Shown here piece by piece: positions 53,652 to 62,245 of a stretch of 64,000 nucleotides of DNA; within the stretch, counting starts at the first letter, position 1; every line of letters begins with the position of its first letter. The stretch is from Gammaproteobacteria bacterium. GTDB taxonomy: Bacteria; Pseudomonadota; Gammaproteobacteria; Steroidobacterales; Foliamicaceae. Location: the NCBI GenBank assembly GCA_965116895.1, contig OZ220729.1, positions 1,882,122-1,946,121 of the forward strand. Reading direction: 5' to 3'. The notes below the pieces were generated by a model. It was not told the DNA's origin, searched no databases, and saw nothing but the letters and a program-made list of their open reading frames with translations. The position numbers and the translations under genes were made by a program.

Positions 53652-55618
53652 ATCGCGAAGCGCCGCCGCACGTCTTCGCCAAGCGCATCCCTGAGCGGGT
53701 CGAGCCAGGATTCGTAGTTGCGCCAGTAGTCCAGTCCCGCCTTGAAAATCGGCTGGCGGACCTGCTCCGAACTCGGGGTGCGCACCGCCCTTTCCGTGCG
53801 GTGAAAGCTCAGGCACCCCGGTTCGAAGTCGAGTCCGCAGTGGTCGAGAATCCGGCGCACCTGGGTTTCGAGGTCGCCCACCACTTCCTCGTACTGGACG
53901 CACAGCACCTTGCCGGGAAGCACCGTGTCCCAGTGGTCCATGAGTTCCACGTAATCGCGATAGTACTGTCCGAGGTCCGCCAGGTCGTAGGTGAATTGCT
54001 GGCCTTCGGCGAAGAGCTGCTTGTAGCCGCTGAAGCCGCAGGCCATGGGGTGCCGCCTGGCGTCGATGATCTTCGCATTGGGCAGCATCAGGTGAATCAG
54101 TCCGATGTGGCGGAAGTTGTTCGGCATCTTGTCGACGAAAAACGGAGCGTCCTGGCGGTGAATCCGGGTGTCGTCGATGTACTGCTGCCCGAACTGTCGC
54201 AGTTCCTCATCCGACAGTGTCGCCAGGATCTCGGGATAGTCCGGTTCGGGCCCGCTACGCCCGCGCCGTCGCAACTGCTGCGCCAGCGACAGGACGTTCG
54301 GCAGTTCCAGGGTTCCGTCCACCCGCGAATGGGATGAAAGAATCTGTTCCAGCAGAGTTGATCCGGCGCGCGGCAGCCCGACAACGAAAATCGGATCGCC
54401 GGCGGAATGCCCCGCCTCCGCGCCGCGCGACAACATACCGGCGACGCACACCCGATGCTGGGCGCGCAGTTCCTCCGTCATCTTGTCCGCGTCGTAGCGG
54501 CTCGCAGCCTTCTTCGAGCGGTTGCCCTGCTCGTAGAACCGGAACGAGGTCTCGAAGTCTTCGCGGTCCTCGTAGGCCTTGCCCAGGGCGAAGTTCAGAT
54601 GCACGCGGTCGGCATGGGACAGATCATTCTTCCCGGCCTGCGCATGCATCCGCTCGAGTTCGCGGTCGCTGAACGAATAGACCTTCAGGTTGGACAGCGA
54701 ATACCAGGCTTCGCCGTGGCGTGGCTGGCTCGCGAGCGCCGCCCGGTAGGAGGCGACAGCCTCGTCGTACTGGCCGTGGGTCTTGAGCGCATGGCCCTTC
54801 GAGGTAAGCGTGACCGGGTCGCCCGGAATCTTCTCCAGCACCCTGTCGAAAAGACCCAGCGCCTCCTCGTAGTCGCCGGTCTGCATGCATTCGATCGCGT
54901 AGATCGACTGGAACTGCGGATTGCCGGGCGAGGTCTCAAGCAGCAGCCTGGCCTGCTCGAGGGCCTTTTCGAATTTCTGGCGCTTCCTGAGCGCCTGGAT
55001 GTAGTCCATGTGCACCCGCACGTTCTTCGGATCGAACTGGTGCGCCGACTCGAGCAGGAATTCTGCGTCCGCCAGGACCCCGAAGCGGATGCCGATGTCG
55101 GCCAGCAGCCGCATGGCTTCCACGTGGTGCGGCACTTTCCTGAGAAACTTGCGGCACAGGTCCTCCGCCTTGAGCAGCTTGCCCTGGCTCATGAGGTCGA
55201 GGACGATGACGAGCGGCCGCGGCAACTGCTCAAAGTGGTCAATCTGGGCTTTCGCTTGCGCAGCCTCCCGGAGGCGCCCGCTCCGGGCCAGGATGTTCAG
55301 TTGCCCCCTCCAGCTCGCCACCAGCGCCGGGTTGAACCGGCACGCCTGCGCATACGCCCGCAACGCCTGGGCCGGACGGCCCATGTCGCGGTACGCGTGG
55401 CCCTCCTCCTGGTGTGCCCGGCCGTTCTCGGGCGCGAGGGCTTTCAGCCTGGCGAGCTGCGCCAGCGCCGCATCGAACTCGCCACGGTAGCGGCGGCAGA
55501 CCGCGCTCATGTACAGCGCGTCGGTGTTTTCCGGCTCGTCCCTGAGGATGTCATAGAGGTCGGCCAGCGCTTCGTCAAACTGCTTCCCGACGATCCTGGC
55601 CTGAATGGCATCCAGCAC
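53648..55618 (-). CDS. TPR-repeat protein fused to a PAPS-type sulfotransferase domain
   Basis: GTG start. The N-terminal ~380 aa are TPR-like repeats. The C-terminal domain has a 5'-PSB-like loop VVGLPRAGSTLLEQILSSHS and a Sulfotransfer-type core (FVDKMPNNF, RHPMACGFS). The stop overlaps the BCCT start (ATGA). Confidence 0.8.
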   Translation of the reverse strand: MLDAIQARIVGKQFDEALADLYDILRDEPENTDALYMSAVCRRYRGEFDAALAQLARLKALAPENGRAHQEEGHAYRDMGRPAQALRAYAQACRFNPALVASWRGQLNILARSGRLREAAQAKAQIDHFEQLPRPLVIVLDLMSQGKLLKAEDLCRKFLRKVPHHVEAMRLLADIGIRFGVLADAEFLLESAHQFDPKNVRVHMDYIQALRKRQKFEKALEQARLLLETSPGNPQFQSIYAIECMQTGDYEEALGLFDRVLEKIPGDPVTLTSKGHALKTHGQYDEAVASYRAALASQPRHGEAWYSLSNLKVYSFSDRELERMHAQAGKNDLSHADRVHLNFALGKAYEDREDFETSFRFYEQGNRSKKAASRYDADKMTEELRAQHRVCVAGMLSRGAEAGHSAGDPIFVVGLPRAGSTLLEQILSSHSRVDGTLELPNVLSLAQQLRRRGRSGPEPDYPEILATLSDEELRQFGQQYIDDTRIHRQDAPFFVDKMPNNFRHIGLIHLMLPNAKIIDARRHPMACGFSGYKQLFAEGQQFTYDLADLGQYYRDYVELMDHWDTVLPGKVLCVQYEEVVGDLETQVRRILDHCGLDFEPGCLSFHRTERAVRTPSSEQVRQPIFKAGLDYWRNYESWLDPLRDALGEDVRRRFAI

Positions 55619-55690
55619 GGCTTTGGCGCCGCCCCGGGGGCGGTAATCACCTCGGGAGCCGGGACCTCCGGCATGGCCGGACGCGACAAC

Positions 55691-55712
55691 GGCGTCCTCC
55701 GGGGAGGACGCC
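55691..55712 (-). terminator. GC-rich palindromic hairpin downstream of TBDR-5 (possible terminator or attenuator)
   Basis: ggcgtcctcc-gg-ggaggacgcc: 10-nt arms that are exact reverse complements, 32 nt after the TBDR-5 stop. It is followed on the minus strand by gttgtcg. Confidence 0.4.
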
Positions 55713-55743
55713 GTGTCCGTTCGTGTTGCCGTATCCGGGTCGG

Positions 55744-58371
55744 TCAGAAGTTCACGCTCGCGCGTACGCCGAATGTCCTGGGTTGCGCATACGTGACGTG
55801 CTTGGTGTCGAAGACGAATGAGCGCGACACCTCGGCCCGTTCATCGGTCAGGTTGCTGCCGAAAAGCGTCACCGACCAGTTGTCGCTGGCCACGCCCGCC
55901 GTCAGGCCGAGCATCGTCCAGCTATCGATCCGGTCGCGGTTGATGGTAATGATGTCGCTGTACGAATCCGCGGACCAGGTAATCATGGGCATGACGTGCG
56001 CCGTCCACCCATTGGCCTGCAGGGTCCACTCGTAGCGCGCCCGCAGATTGCCCTGGTTGCCCGGGGCGAACGCAAGCTCGTCCCCCTCGCGCACATCGTT
56101 GGTGGGGGTGATCTTCCGCGTGATCTCGGAGTCCAGCAAGGACAGCGCGCCGGCGATCGTGAGCCCGTCGATGCCGGGGGGCAGCCAGACGAAGTCCGCC
56201 TCCAGACCCCTCACCCTCGCGTCCGCCGCATTGTCCGAGAAGAACAGGTTGACGATGCTGGTATCGAAGATCGTGGTCTGCAGATTGTCGATATCGACGT
56301 TGAACAGCGCCGCGTTAATGCGGAAGGCGTTACCGAAATCGGCTTTCATGCCCACTTCGACATTGACGACTTCGTCGGTTTGCAGCTCAAAGGGAACCAC
56401 GAAACCGCTGCCATCCGCGCTCGGGCGCCCGCCCGGGCGATTCAACAGGCCCGGCCGGAAGCCCTCCGACAGCGTGACGTAGTAGAGGTGCTCCGGCTGC
56501 GGCCGCCACCCGAGCGTCGCCTTGAAGATCGTGCCGTCGGCTACCGCCTTGTCGGGCGCGCCCACGGCGTTGCCGGGCATGAACTGCTGCGAAATGTTGG
56601 TGCCGAAGCGCTGCCCGTCAGTTCTGTTTGCGCCGAAATTCCCGAACGACGAGTTGGCGCTGCCCTCGAGGTCCACCTCGATCTCGTAATTGCGCGCGCC
56701 CAGCGTCAGCGTGAACTGCTCGGTGAGGTCGAAGTCCAGTTCGCCGAAAACGCCGAACTGATCATCCGTGCGCCGGATGTCGTTGCGGAAGATGACCCCG
56801 ATGTCGCCGCCGTGGCGATCCGGACCGAATGGCCCCGGGTAGGTGTAGTAACCGGGGCCGGCGCCGAACGCACTTCCGGCAGGATTACCGGGAGCCGCTC
56901 CAGGATTGGTCAGCGGGTAGTTCGGCGCGAACCCCGGATGCCCGTTCCACGAGATGGCCCAAACGGAACCCGGATAGATGAAGTCGTTGACCTCGATGAG
57001 TTCCAGTTCGCTTGTAAACACACCGCCCTGGAGCCGCCACCGCCTCGACTGGTCCGTGGTGAAGCGGATTTCATGCGTCTGGACGTCGAGCCTGTTGAGG
57101 CTGTCCACGTACATTTGCGGCGGGTGACACCTCGTGCCTGCACGGGGAATGCCCGGAGGACTGTTGAATGACGTATACGTCGCGTAGTAATCGCAGATGT
57201 AGTAAGGCAGGTACTGACCCACGAACAGGTAGTCGGAGTAGTCCACGATCTGGTCCGACTCGCGGTCCGTGAACGCGCCTGCGTAGATGACGTCCAGCCC
57301 CGCCAGCCGTCCCGTGAGCGTCACGGCCGTGTTGTCGAAAGTGTCGAAGATGCCTTCATTCACGAAGCGGTTGACTTCCAGTTCGCCGACATCGGGATCG
57401 GCGAAGAACACACCGTCCGCCTCGGTATCCTGGGTCGTATGCGCAACCAGCAGACTCCAGTCGTCGGTGATGTCCCATTTCGCCGAGATCCGGCCGCCGC
57501 TGTAGGTGACTTCGTTGATGTCTTCGTCGGCTATCGCGCTGTTGTCGACCTCAAAGAACGTGATATTGGAAAGATCCACTCCCGCCTGGAATCCGGCGCG
57601 ATAGGAGGCGACGGGGACTCCGTTCTTGCGAACCGCACCCGCGGGCCGGAACCGTGCACTCTCCTCGGCGGTCCTCGTAGCGGCCACATTGTCGATCCAG
57701 CCGCCCTTGCTGTCGTGGTAGAAGACGCCGCGCAAACCGAAGTTGTCGCTTAAGGGAACGTTCAGCATGACTTCGATGCTCTCACCCCCGTCGCCGCCGC
57801 TGATCGTGTTCGCGCCGAGCTTCGCATTGCCGTAAAACTCGTTCAGGTCCGGCTTGTTCGTGATCAGGCGGACGTTGCCGGCCTGCGAACTGGCCCCGAA
57901 CAACGTGCCCTGGGGACCCGAGAGCACTTCGATGCGCGCCAGGTCCGCGGCGTAAACGTCGAGATTGCGGCCCGGATGCGCCAGCGGCTGTTCATCCAGG
58001 TAAAAGGCGACGTTGGGCGCCAGGCCGGCCACGCCGGCCACAGTCAGGTTCGGCGTCGTGGAAGCCACGCCGCGAATGTAGATGGTGTTCTGGCCCGGTC
58101 CGCTGCCGCCGGCTGTCACGTTCGGCAGCTGCAGCACGTAGTCCGCGAAATTGGTGACCCCGAGTTCGGTGATCTCGCGCGTGTCCAGGGCGGTCACGGC
58201 AAGAGGAACATCCTGCAGCGATTCCTGGACGCGCCTCGCGGTAACCACGATCTCGTCGAGCACCCGCCCGCCGGCAGCCTCCTGCGCCGACGCCGCGACC
58301 GGCGCGCCGACAATCGCAGCGGCTACCGCAGCGGACAATACGCTTTGTTTCGTTGGTACATTAATCGCCAT
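55744..58371 (-). CDS. TonB-dependent receptor (TBDR-5)
   Basis: ATG 58371 after GGGAGA. Signal MAINVPTKQSVLSAAVAAAIVGAPVAASAQE, plug LDEIVVTARRVQESLQDVPLAVTAL, ends ..GVRASVNF. Confidence 0.85.
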   Translation of the reverse strand: MAINVPTKQSVLSAAVAAAIVGAPVAASAQEAAGGRVLDEIVVTARRVQESLQDVPLAVTALDTREITELGVTNFADYVLQLPNVTAGGSGPGQNTIYIRGVASTTPNLTVAGVAGLAPNVAFYLDEQPLAHPGRNLDVYAADLARIEVLSGPQGTLFGASSQAGNVRLITNKPDLNEFYGNAKLGANTISGGDGGESIEVMLNVPLSDNFGLRGVFYHDSKGGWIDNVAATRTAEESARFRPAGAVRKNGVPVASYRAGFQAGVDLSNITFFEVDNSAIADEDINEVTYSGGRISAKWDITDDWSLLVAHTTQDTEADGVFFADPDVGELEVNRFVNEGIFDTFDNTAVTLTGRLAGLDVIYAGAFTDRESDQIVDYSDYLFVGQYLPYYICDYYATYTSFNSPPGIPRAGTRCHPPQMYVDSLNRLDVQTHEIRFTTDQSRRWRLQGGVFTSELELIEVNDFIYPGSVWAISWNGHPGFAPNYPLTNPGAAPGNPAGSAFGAGPGYYTYPGPFGPDRHGGDIGVIFRNDIRRTDDQFGVFGELDFDLTEQFTLTLGARNYEIEVDLEGSANSSFGNFGANRTDGQRFGTNISQQFMPGNAVGAPDKAVADGTIFKATLGWRPQPEHLYYVTLSEGFRPGLLNRPGGRPSADGSGFVVPFELQTDEVVNVEVGMKADFGNAFRINAALFNVDIDNLQTTIFDTSIVNLFFSDNAADARVRGLEADFVWLPPGIDGLTIAGALSLLDSEITRKITPTNDVREGDELAFAPGNQGNLRARYEWTLQANGWTAHVMPMITWSADSYSDIITINRDRIDSWTMLGLTAGVASDNWSVTLFGSNLTDERAEVSRSFVFDTKHVTYAQPRTFGVRASVNF

Positions 58372-58442
58372 AGTCCCCAATCTCCCGGCGGCTCAATGCT
58401 GAGCCAACTCCCATACTGTAACCCATAGATTTTGCCGGCCGA

Positions 58443-59984
58443 TTATCGCCCCATGGCAGCCCGGGACAGAAGGATCGGGAACCCGGACCGCACGCCAGCG
58501 TCGATCTCGTCGCTGACGTGGCGCGGCGCCGGATCGGCGAGGACTTCCCGCTTCTTTTCGGCAGCCCGATTCAGCAGCGCCGGCTTGCCTTTTTCTTCCC
58601 AGACGGTCGGGCTGTCCCGGTCGCTGAAGTCGGGGTATATGTACTCGCTTTGCATCACCTGCAGGGTACTCCCCGAACCCAGGTAATGCCCTTCGCCGCC
58701 GGCGCAGATCTGCTCGATCTCGGCGAAGCTCAGCGTCTCCGGGCTCACTTCGATCCCCCGTGTAACGCGCCCGACGGCGCCAAGAACGTCGTTGTCCAGC
58801 AAGAGGCTCTCCGGGCAGGTCCCCAGCAGGCTGGCGTACATGCCGGCGGATTCATAAACGATGTTCGCCCCGGACAAGGCGGCCGCCAGCACGGTTGCCG
58901 CGCGTTCCGCCCCGGCCTGAAAGTCGGGGAACTTGGCGTCGGTCATGCCGCAGGCGGTGCCGAAGGGAAGGTCGAAGTGGAGGCCGAGCTGGGCGCAGGC
59001 GGCGGACAGCAGACCTTGCTCGGGCGAGCCGCCGCTCATCGCCCCGGTGCGCAGATCCGAAACAAACGGCCAGGCGCCGAGAATCGCCGGCGCGCCGGGT
59101 TTGATCGCGTTGACATAGACCAGCCCACCGAGACACTCCGCCCAGGCTTGGGAAACCGCCCCGGCCAGATAGGCGGGGGTCGTTGCGCCGGCCTGCCCCG
59201 CCGACAGCAGCAGCACCGGCATGCCGCCCTCTACGGCCACGCGCAGGCACTCGAGGGCGTCGGTGGCGAACTTCATCGGCGGCACCACAAAACAGTTGGA
59301 CTGGCTGACGAAGGGACGCGCCCGCCACTCGGCCTCGCCGCCGGCGATCAGATGCAGCATCTCGAGGCTCTGCTCCACGTGCCCGGGCAGCGTCCAACTC
59401 GAACCGACGTGCTTGCTGGTGCCCATCACCGAGCAGTAGAGGGTATTGATGTCCATTTCGTAGTTGTCGCGAATGTCCCGGGGCACGCAGGTGCGCTGGA
59501 ACATGTGAATGTGCTCGCAGGTGTCGACGATACGCGCCATGTCGTACAGATCCTGCGCCAGCGAATCCCGGTAAAGGTTGTTTTCCGTGTCGGCCACCAT
59601 GACCGCGGCGCCGGCGGTGGAGAAGTGCACTCTGGCGCCGCTCAGATCGAGGTCTCTGCGCGGATCCTGCCCATGGAGCACCAGATTCCGCCGGGCCAGT
59701 TCGAGGGTTCGCTCGACCAGGCTTGGGGGCATGCGCAGGCGCCCGTCCTCGCCGAGCACGGCGCCGACCGCCGTGCAGGTCTCGATGCAGTGAGGCGTGG
59801 CGTCGGCGAATCCCACCCTGTCGAGAATCTCGAAGGCATTGTCCGCTATGGCCGTAACGCCGTCGGCGGACAAGGGCCGGTACTGTCCTCCGGCATGCCC
59901 CGGCCGAACCGGCTTGATCGCTTCGGCAAGCGGCGCGGCGCGCTCGGCCCTTCTGGCCCGTCTACCGCCCGATCGTCGAGGCAT
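58443..59984 (-). CDS. MttB-superfamily methyltransferase, non-pyrrolysine type (quaternary-amine:corrinoid methyltransferase-like)
   Basis: 513 aa uninterrupted ORF with no in-frame TAG. MttB-like TIM-barrel segments (FEILDRVGF, HFSTAGAAVMV, PVLLLSAGQAGATTPAYLAG, SGANIVYESAGM). Confidence 0.8.
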   Translation of the reverse strand: MPRRSGGRRARRAERAAPLAEAIKPVRPGHAGGQYRPLSADGVTAIADNAFEILDRVGFADATPHCIETCTAVGAVLGEDGRLRMPPSLVERTLELARRNLVLHGQDPRRDLDLSGARVHFSTAGAAVMVADTENNLYRDSLAQDLYDMARIVDTCEHIHMFQRTCVPRDIRDNYEMDINTLYCSVMGTSKHVGSSWTLPGHVEQSLEMLHLIAGGEAEWRARPFVSQSNCFVVPPMKFATDALECLRVAVEGGMPVLLLSAGQAGATTPAYLAGAVSQAWAECLGGLVYVNAIKPGAPAILGAWPFVSDLRTGAMSGGSPEQGLLSAACAQLGLHFDLPFGTACGMTDAKFPDFQAGAERAATVLAAALSGANIVYESAGMYASLLGTCPESLLLDNDVLGAVGRVTRGIEVSPETLSFAEIEQICAGGEGHYLGSGSTLQVMQSEYIYPDFSDRDSPTVWEEKGKPALLNRAAEKKREVLADPAPRHVSDEIDAGVRSGFPILLSRAAMGR

Positions 59985-60043
59985 GGCTGCTCTCCGTTAC
60001 ATGCGAGTTGAAAGACGCCGAAAGCATAGCTTGTTCCCGGGGG

Positions 60044-60943
60044 TCAGCCCCGACGGCGACGGCGGCCCCGACGGGCCCCGCGAGCCCCGGCCGGCGCACC
60101 GGGTTCGCGGTACTTGCCGATCCAGCGCGCGCAATCGGGATCCTTGCCCATCATGACATCGGCGCCGAGGACCGCCTGCACGACCTCGACGTGCAGCGGA
60201 TTGGTGATCGCCGAAGTCATGCCGGCGCCGATCGCCATGGTAAGGAATGCGCTGTTGATGCCGTTGCGATTCGGCAGGCCGAAACTCACATTGGACGCGC
60301 CGCAGGTGGTATTGACCTTCAGTTCCCCGCGCAACCGCCTGACCAGGTGCATGACCTGTTTGCCGGCGGCGTTGATCGCGCCGATCGGCATGACCAGAGG
60401 ATCGACCACGACATCGCTCGGGGAAATGCCGTGGTCCTGCGCCCGTTCGACGATTTTTCTGGCCACTTCGAAGCGCACGTCCGGATCCTCGGAAATGCCG
60501 GATTCATCGTTGGAGATGGCCACCACCGCGGCGCCGTGCCGGGCTACCAGCGGCAGCACAGTCTCCAGCCTGTCCTCTTCGCCCGTGACCGAGTTGACCA
60601 GCGCCTTGCCCCGATAGACCGCCAGTCCGGATTCCAGCGCGGCGACGATGGACGAATCGATAGACAGCGGCACATCGGTTACCGACTGCACCAGCCTGAT
60701 GGCCTCGGCCAGCATGGCGGGTTCGTCCGCCAGCGGGATTCCGGCGTTCACGTCCAGCATGTGGGCGCCCGCCTCAACCTGGGCGAGGGCGTCCGCGACC
60801 ACGCGATCGTAGTTGCCCGCCTTCATTTCCTCCGCAAGGATTTTCCGCCCGGTGGGGTTGATACGCTCGCCTATGATCACGAAGGGCCGGTCGAAACCGA
60901 TCACGACCTCCCGGCTGGCGGAGGCGACTACCGTGTCCGTCAT
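60044..60943 (-). CDS. Pterin-binding methyltransferase (methyltetrahydrofolate:corrinoid methyltransferase, MetH/AcsE/MtrH-like)
   Basis: FVIIGERINPTGRK, GAHMLDVNAG, PLSIDSS, ALVNSV, CGASNVSFGLP: the pterin-binding (DHPS-like) barrel signature. Confidence 0.8.
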   Translation of the reverse strand: MTDTVVASASREVVIGFDRPFVIIGERINPTGRKILAEEMKAGNYDRVVADALAQVEAGAHMLDVNAGIPLADEPAMLAEAIRLVQSVTDVPLSIDSSIVAALESGLAVYRGKALVNSVTGEEDRLETVLPLVARHGAAVVAISNDESGISEDPDVRFEVARKIVERAQDHGISPSDVVVDPLVMPIGAINAAGKQVMHLVRRLRGELKVNTTCGASNVSFGLPNRNGINSAFLTMAIGAGMTSAITNPLHVEVVQAVLGADVMMGKDPDCARWIGKYREPGAPAGARGARRGRRRRRG

Positions 60944-60958
60944 GCCTCGGCCACCGGC

Positions 60959-61279
60959 TTACGCATCCGGCGTCTCCTCCAGACCGTGATTGCGAATGAG
61001 CGCCAGCAGGCTCTCATCCGAGTATCGCGCTTCGATCCCGGCCGCAAGCCTTTCGGCGACCGCCTGCAGATCGTCCGCCGCGGCATCCGACCCGGGCCTG
61101 ATCGGTTCCCGCGCCCATTCGCTGAGATAGGCATCGGCGCTTTGCTTCTTCGCCCGCATGGCGGCGCGATCGATGGCGTTCTGGAAGCGCCCGCTCAACC
61201 GCGCCCTTGCGCGCAGCCTGCCCTTCCTGACAATCACCTGTGCGGGAATGTCGCGCCACTTCACCAGGACGGCGTTCAT
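60959..61279 (-). CDS. Small conserved protein often found in corrinoid-methyltransferase clusters (tentatively the family annotated 'virulence factor'); function unknown
   Basis: ATG 61279 (MNAVLVKWRDIPAQVIVRKG...) or ATG 61318. The family assignment is from memory of the WRDIPAQV-type N-terminus and is tentative. Confidence 0.45.
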   Translation of the reverse strand: MNAVLVKWRDIPAQVIVRKGRLRARARLSGRFQNAIDRAAMRAKKQSADAYLSEWAREPIRPGSDAAADDLQAVAERLAAGIEARYSDESLLALIRNHGLEETPDA

Positions 61280-61333
61280 GGCGTCAGCCCGCTTCCTCCC
61301 GGCGGACCCGAATCCCATTCGGAGCGACCCGCG

Positions 61334-62059
<726 letters not shown>

Positions 62060-62072
62060 GCCAACTACCTCC

Positions 62073-62107
62073 AACCACCGAACTTCAGCCTCGAAAGTTC
62101 AGTGGTT
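62073..62107. promoter_or_regulatory. Imperfect 13-bp inverted repeat in the divergent corrinoid-operon / DMGDH intergenic region (candidate operator or 5'-UTR hairpin)
   Basis: aaccacCgaactt (62073-62085) and aagttcAgtggtt (62095-62107) match at 12 of 13 positions, with a 9-nt spacer. It starts 14 nt upstream of the corrinoid-protein ATG. Confidence 0.3.
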
Positions 62108-62245
62108 CCAGGACGGGATCCCGGCCGATCCTGCGGCCCACGGCGGCATATTAGCAGTCATGAATCGACATCCGCAATGGAAAAACGCGACTATTGCAAG
62201 TGAGCGCCAACTTCCGTGAGAATCGCTTCAGGCCCGGAGGGCGCC

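Noticed and set aside
58372-58442. Looked for a cobalamin riboswitch upstream of TBDR-5, and likewise in 62060-62245 upstream of the corrinoid operon.
   Set aside because: The 71-nt leader is too short for a typical B12 element and I could not spot a B12-box-like core by eye. Only a 6-bp hairpin (58390-58405) is present. A covariance-model scan would be needed to be certain.
58443-59984. Possibility of an in-frame amber (pyrrolysine) codon in the MttB-family gene.
   Set aside because: The ORF is continuous for 513 codons with no internal TAG, so it is a non-Pyl family member.
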